Below the pieces are notes generated by a model. It saw nothing but the letters and a program-made list of their open reading frames with translations, had not been told where the DNA came from and searched no databases. From the NCBI GenBank assembly GCA_035507575.1, contig DATJNY010000029.1, forward strand, positions 20,067-84,066: a stretch of 64,000 nt of DNA, read 5' to 3'. Numbering within the stretch: position 1 is the stretch's first letter; each line of letters begins with the position of its first letter. The DNA comes from Thermoplasmata archaeon (GTDB taxonomy: Archaea > Thermoplasmatota > Thermoplasmata > Lutacidiplasmatales > UBA184). This document shows positions 60,496 to 64,000 of the stretch, one piece after another. The position numbers and the translations under genes were made by a program.

Positions 60496-60885
60496 ATGGC
60501 GCCGCGAACGAAACGGACTTCCGCCCCGCCCTCCGGTGAATCGATGGAGCGGGTGGAGACGGCCGTGCGGGAGGTGATCCGCGCGATCGCCCCCGAGCTT
60601 CGGATCGAGAAGAAGTGGGGGATGCCGTGGTTCACGGGCAACGACCTGGTCGTCCTGCCCGGGGCGTTCGCGCATCACGTCGGGGTCGAGTTCTGGCGGG
60701 GGACTTCGTTGCGCGACCCGCATCACTTGCTCGAAGGAACGGGAAAGAACCTGCGGCACGTGAAACTTCGTTCCACACGCGAGGCGACCTCCCCCGAAAT
60801 GATCGCTCTCGTTCGCGAGGCCGTCGAGCTCGATCGCCGCGAACCTCCGCGCTCCCGAGCCGGTCCCCGAGCGCCCGCGCTGTAG
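60496..60885 (+). CDS. DUF1801 (YdhG-like) domain protein
   Basis: Motifs: ...IRAIAPELRIEKKWGMPWFTGNDLVV...FAHHVGVEFWRG. Confidence 0.65.
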   Translation: MAPRTKRTSAPPSGESMERVETAVREVIRAIAPELRIEKKWGMPWFTGNDLVVLPGAFAHHVGVEFWRGTSLRDPHHLLEGTGKNLRHVKLRSTREATSPEMIALVREAVELDRREPPRSRAGPRAPAL

Positions 60886-60886
60886 C

Positions 60887-61777
60887 GTGATGACGACGCC
60901 GGCGATCGACGCCCCCGATGCGGACCTGCTGGCCCGCACCCAGCGCAATCTCCTGCGGTTCCACGGGCTCTCGCTCCGGGCAGGCCCGGGGGCGCGTCGG
61001 GAAGATTGGCCCGATGCCACGGCGCTGGGAAGCGGGCTCCCGACCCGATCCGCGAACACGCTCTTCGCGGTCCGGCCGGGGCCGTCCCTCCCGGACCTCT
61101 TGTCCCGGTGCCGCGACTTCTACCGGTCGACCCCTTCCTGGCGCGCGAGCGCCCCGGAACCGTGGGCACCGGCGCTCGAACCGCTCGTCCGGGGCGCCGG
61201 GCTGCAGTTCGATACTCGCGTCCCGCGCCTGGTCTTCCGGGGAGGAGCGAACGAGCCACCTGTGCCGAGCGACCTCCGGGTGGAACGTGTCGAGCACCTG
61301 GCGGCACTGCGGGACTTCTGCGACGCCGCCTCCCGGGGCTTTGGGATCCCGCGGCGCTACCTCCTCTATGCGTTCTCGCGAGGGGTTCCGCTCACGGAGT
61401 CCGGTCGACCGGCCCTTCGCCTGTTTGTGGGGTACGATCGTGGGCGACCGGTCGCCACGTCAGCCGCCACGACGTCCGACGGGGTGACGGGAATCTTCTT
61501 CGTCGCGACGGCTCCCTCCTCCCGACGCCGGGGTTTCGCCCAGGCGCTGACCGCGGTCGCCCTCGCGGACGGTCGGGGTCTCGGGGGGGAAATGGCTTGG
61601 CTCCAATCCTCGGCCGCGGGACGGCGACTCTACGAACGGATGGGGTTCCGTCCGCTCTGCGACGACCTCGAGTGGTTCGCCCCGGCGACCGCCGAGGGGC
61701 GGATCCGGAGCGCGATCCGCGAGCTACGGATCGTCGCCGGGCCGTTCCGCATGCGGTTGCCGATCACCGGGGCGTGA
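60887..61777 (+). CDS. GNAT-family N-acetyltransferase (C-terminal acetyl-CoA-binding domain)
   Basis: The C-terminal segment is GIFFVATAPSSRRRGFAQALT...AGRRLYERMGF. Confidence 0.65.
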   Translation: MMTTPAIDAPDADLLARTQRNLLRFHGLSLRAGPGARREDWPDATALGSGLPTRSANTLFAVRPGPSLPDLLSRCRDFYRSTPSWRASAPEPWAPALEPLVRGAGLQFDTRVPRLVFRGGANEPPVPSDLRVERVEHLAALRDFCDAASRGFGIPRRYLLYAFSRGVPLTESGRPALRLFVGYDRGRPVATSAATTSDGVTGIFFVATAPSSRRRGFAQALTAVALADGRGLGGEMAWLQSSAAGRRLYERMGFRPLCDDLEWFAPATAEGRIRSAIRELRIVAGPFRMRLPITGA

Positions 61778-61788
61778 CATCGAGGATT

Positions 61789-62178
61789 TCAGCGACGAGC
61801 GGGCTCGAACAACCCGACGAGGTTCCCCTCGCTGTCCCGGAAGTACGCGGCGAATCCGATGCTGCCGTCCGCGATCGGAGCCCGCGGCTCGACCATCTTC
61901 CCGCCGTTCTTCTCGACCTTCTTCGCGGTTTCGTCGATGTCGTCGACCCGGATCGTGATCGTCGGGGCGGTGACGGGGGCTTGGCGTCGAAGCAACCCCC
62001 CGTTGATCGCGCCGGGCCGCGCCGACTGTCCGTCGGAGCCCGAGGCGCTGGTCTGTACGAGCGTGTACTCGATTCCCGGGGTAGGGGTCATCTTCCAGCC
62101 GAACGCCCGCTGGTAGAACCTGCGGGCCCGCTCCACGTCGTCCGTCGGAATCTCGAAATGCACTACCTCGCCGCTCAT
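61789..62178 (-). CDS. VOC/glyoxalase-family protein
   Basis: Motifs: VVHFEIPTDDVERARRFYQRAFGW...AYFRDSEGNLVGLF. I placed the start at ATG 62178, inside the longer ORF. Confidence 0.8.
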   Translation of the reverse strand: MSGEVVHFEIPTDDVERARRFYQRAFGWKMTPTPGIEYTLVQTSASGSDGQSARPGAINGGLLRRQAPVTAPTITIRVDDIDETAKKVEKNGGKMVEPRAPIADGSIGFAAYFRDSEGNLVGLFEPARR

Positions 62179-62287
62179 GGCTCTCCCCCGTCCGACCGAT
62201 CCGGGGTCCTTAACCCGGGTCGCAAGGTGCTGAAACGGGGGGGATCGAACGAAACCTCCTTGACCCCGGGGCACGCTGTGTCGGACG

Positions 62288-62710
62288 ATGGCCAAGCAGC
62301 CGACCTGGGAGGATGCGGACCTTCTCCTTCGCATCGACGAACTCGCCGCGGAGGAGCAGACTCGGAAGGCGATCGACTGGTTCCGCACGACGCACCTCGG
62401 CGCGGAGGCGCCGAACGTCCACCCCATCCTGCGCGACGCGCCCGAGTTCCTCTACGTGCACCGGTTCATCGAGCTGTTCGAGACGATGGGCACGCTCGTC
62501 AAGTTCCACCTCCTCAACGAGGACATGGTCCACGACCGCTGGATGATCCGTTCCATCTGGCAGTTCCTGAAGCCGACCATCGAGCGGGAGCGGCGCACGA
62601 TCCAGTCCCCCACGCTCGCCGAGAATTTCGAATGGCTGGCCGAGCGCAACCGTCTCTGGGCGGAGAAGCGCGCGACGAAGCCGAAGGGCGGCTCGGCCGC
62701 CGAGAAGTAA
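62288..62710 (+). CDS. Hypothetical protein (helical, no family recognised)
   Basis: It is 140 aa with high GC3 and non-low-complexity composition. Confidence 0.55.
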   Translation: MAKQPTWEDADLLLRIDELAAEEQTRKAIDWFRTTHLGAEAPNVHPILRDAPEFLYVHRFIELFETMGTLVKFHLLNEDMVHDRWMIRSIWQFLKPTIERERRTIQSPTLAENFEWLAERNRLWAEKRATKPKGGSAAEK

Positions 62711-62729
62711 GGCGACGCCCGGCCCGCCG

Positions 62730-63596
62730 CTAGCGGGCGGAGGGGTCTCGCAGGCGACCCCGGTCGACGACGACCCATTGCCAGCCGTCCTCCACCTCGA
62801 CGGGCGCGACGACGAGGTCGTTCCCGACCAGGTCCGTGTGGAACTGCAAGAGGGCGGAGAAGACCTCATCGGTGTCATCACCGGTCCGGCGCGCGATCTC
62901 GGTGAGCGACCCGATCCACGTTCCGTCCTGCACGAGTTCGCGCAACGCGCGAACATACCGGGGTAATCGGGGGTCGGCGGTCGACCGGACCTCCCGGGCG
63001 CTCGAGACCGCCGTGTGCCAGCGGTGGGGGAGTCGGCGGTGAAGCGGCGGCGAGGCGCCGTAGCCGCCGGGAACGGGAGGCTCTTCGGGCGTCGCGACCG
63101 GAGGACCCCGGCCCTGGATCGCGTCAACCTCCCGCATCAGGTGATCGAGCTCGTCGACCGCCCAGTTTCGGGCCGGCGCCTCGGGGGCGGTGGAGACGAT
63201 CGGCACCGGCGCGCCGGCGGTCTCGGCGGCTTCGAGCGGCACCTCGAGGTCGGGATCCGAGACCCGTGCCTCGATGACGCGCGCGAGTTCTTCGATGTCG
63301 CTCTCGGGAACGGGACGCAAGTTCCGCCGCATGCGGAACCGATCGAGCGCGGAGCGGAGCTCGGGGCTCGGCACCGGAAACGCGTGGCGATGCTCCCCGT
63401 CGCGCAGCTCCACCCACGGGGCGCCGTCCGAGTCTTTGAGCACGCGGAGGCCCGCATGGACCACGAGGTCGCAATACAGTTCGTGCGCCGGCGGGCCGCC
63501 CATCGCGCCGATCGGCGGCATCCACTCGCCTCGCCCGACCTTGCTCAGGTCGAGGATCGCTAGCTCTTCGTTTGTCACCCCGGTCCACCCGTCCAC
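62730..63596 (-). CDS. Hypothetical protein (no family recognised; C-terminal region looks winged-helix-like)
   Basis: It is 288 aa with balanced composition in the N- and C-terminal thirds, a Pro-rich middle, and high GC3. Confidence 0.5.
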   Translation of the reverse strand: MDGWTGVTNEELAILDLSKVGRGEWMPPIGAMGGPPAHELYCDLVVHAGLRVLKDSDGAPWVELRDGEHRHAFPVPSPELRSALDRFRMRRNLRPVPESDIEELARVIEARVSDPDLEVPLEAAETAGAPVPIVSTAPEAPARNWAVDELDHLMREVDAIQGRGPPVATPEEPPVPGGYGASPPLHRRLPHRWHTAVSSAREVRSTADPRLPRYVRALRELVQDGTWIGSLTEIARRTGDDTDEVFSALLQFHTDLVGNDLVVAPVEVEDGWQWVVVDRGRLRDPSAR

Positions 63597-63903
63597 CCGG
63601 TCACGGGCATCGGGAGCCCACGGCCCCCAGCTTGCGTCGCCGGTCGGGGTTTAGTTCTTTTCGAGGCAGAGGAAACGGTTCGAACCGAGATCCGGCCCCC
63701 CGCCTTCTTGTGCGGAGATGCCGTAACGGCCCACGATGTGCGACCTTCCCGAGGAAGAGTCCGCCGAATATTTCGCGTGGCGCGCCCGAGCGCCGGCCCT
63801 CGACCCCTCCCCTCGCCCGACGGGCGAGCGGGAGCCCGCGTCGACCTGGTCGACGCGTTCCGCCCGAGCGGTCGAGACGGCCGAGGCGTAGCGGTCGCGG
63901 CGT

Positions 63904-64000
63904 TCAGAACCCACGAAACACTTCGTAATCCACGTCGTCGACGGGGACCCCGAGGGTCTCGGTCAACAGGGCGACCGTGGCCACGACCATCTCCGGCAGG
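63904..64000 (-). CDS. 3' end of an unidentified CDS (continues beyond the window)
   Basis: The frame is open to the window edge and ends with ...LPEMVVATVALLTETLGVPVDDVDYEVFRGF followed by a stop. GC3 is high, and it is too short to assign. Confidence 0.35.
   Translation of the reverse strand, partial: LPEMVVATVALLTETLGVPVDDVDYEVFRGF

Noticed and set aside
52761-62178. tRNA-Ala as an integration site for a genomic island. The downstream genes are accessory-like: regulator, VOCs, Msr, CDGSH, LysE, MOSC, GNAT.
   Set aside because: There is no integrase, no direct repeat of the tRNA 3' end elsewhere in the window, and no obvious compositional shift by eye. The genes look like ordinary stress and detoxification housekeeping.
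63675-63700. A GGTTCGAACC T-arm-like sequence suggesting a fourth tRNA.
   Set aside because: Only a 3-bp stem flanks the loop. No acceptor, D or anticodon arm can be built on either strand.
150-64000. Hundreds of other long six-frame ORFs, e.g. 150..965, 1101..2147, 2684..4138, 5871..8222, 7127..8218, 16366..18252, 18342..19949, 25473..27032, 27528..28946, 41272..43140, 48607..49884 and 59764..61059.
   Set aside because: All overlap motif-supported genes in antisense or shifted frames and encode Arg/Pro/Gly/Ala-rich sequence. This is typical shadow-ORF behaviour in high-GC DNA. None has an independent TATA-like element or a recognisable domain.
1-64000. A search for CRISPR arrays, transposases or IS elements, integrases, toxin-antitoxin pairs, restriction-modification or other defence systems, and rRNA genes.
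   Set aside because: None could be supported by reading the sequence and translations. There are no regularly spaced direct repeats, and no DDE/HUH, tyrosine-recombinase or nuclease-helicase signatures.

Overview
The window is a very GC-rich, gene-dense archaeal chromosomal segment. GC content was judged by eye, not computed. The archaeal assignment rests on TBP, Orc1/Cdc6, aIF-1A, an RPA41/RPA32-like pair, the class I CCA-adding enzyme, RNase P subunit Rnp4, Bud32, Tsr3, an archaeal-type GluRS and a thermopsin-like surface protein. The thermopsin domain and gene content suggest a Thermoplasmata-like euryarchaeon, but that placement is only a guess.

I support about 70 CDSs out of the several hundred six-frame ORFs. 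Most of the others are antisense or alternate-frame artefacts of the high GC content. I also call 3 tRNAs, 1 candidate C/D box sRNA, and a recurring TATA-like element 25-40 nt upstream of start codons and tRNA 5' ends, which suggests mostly leaderless or short-leader transcripts.

Functional blocks:
- Replication and information processing: RPA, TBP, Tmk, Cdc6, CCA-adding enzyme, GluRS, Rnp4.
- Two beta-oxidation/ETF blocks: ACAD-etfBA-fixC, and crotonase-ACAD-acyl-CoA ligase-DUF35-thiolase.
- Transporters: MFS x2, CDF, LysE and an ABC system.
- A loose oxidative-damage and detoxification neighbourhood after tRNA-Ala: MsrB, CDGSH, MsrA, VOC x3, FMN reductase, MOSC, GNAT.

I found no CRISPR array, transposase, integrase, rRNA or recognisable defence island, and no convincing novel multi-gene system.

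The most noteworthy items I can actually see are:
1. A tRNA-Gln(CUG) gene interrupted by a 34-nt intron at the non-canonical 59/60 T-loop position, with a textbook bulge-helix-bulge motif.
2. A candidate C/D box sRNA placed exactly downstream of the strongest TATA box in the window.
3. An 1818-aa membrane-anchored surface protein with thermopsin, parallel beta-helix and three Ig-like repeat regions.
4. Several unannotated short ORFs (a CDGSH protein and a coiled-coil peptide) and structured intergenic hairpins.
5. An unusual density of zinc-ribbon proteins, one of which has an RGG tail and is translationally coupled to a methyltransferase.

All functional calls come from remembered family motifs, not from database searches. 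Many start codons are uncertain.
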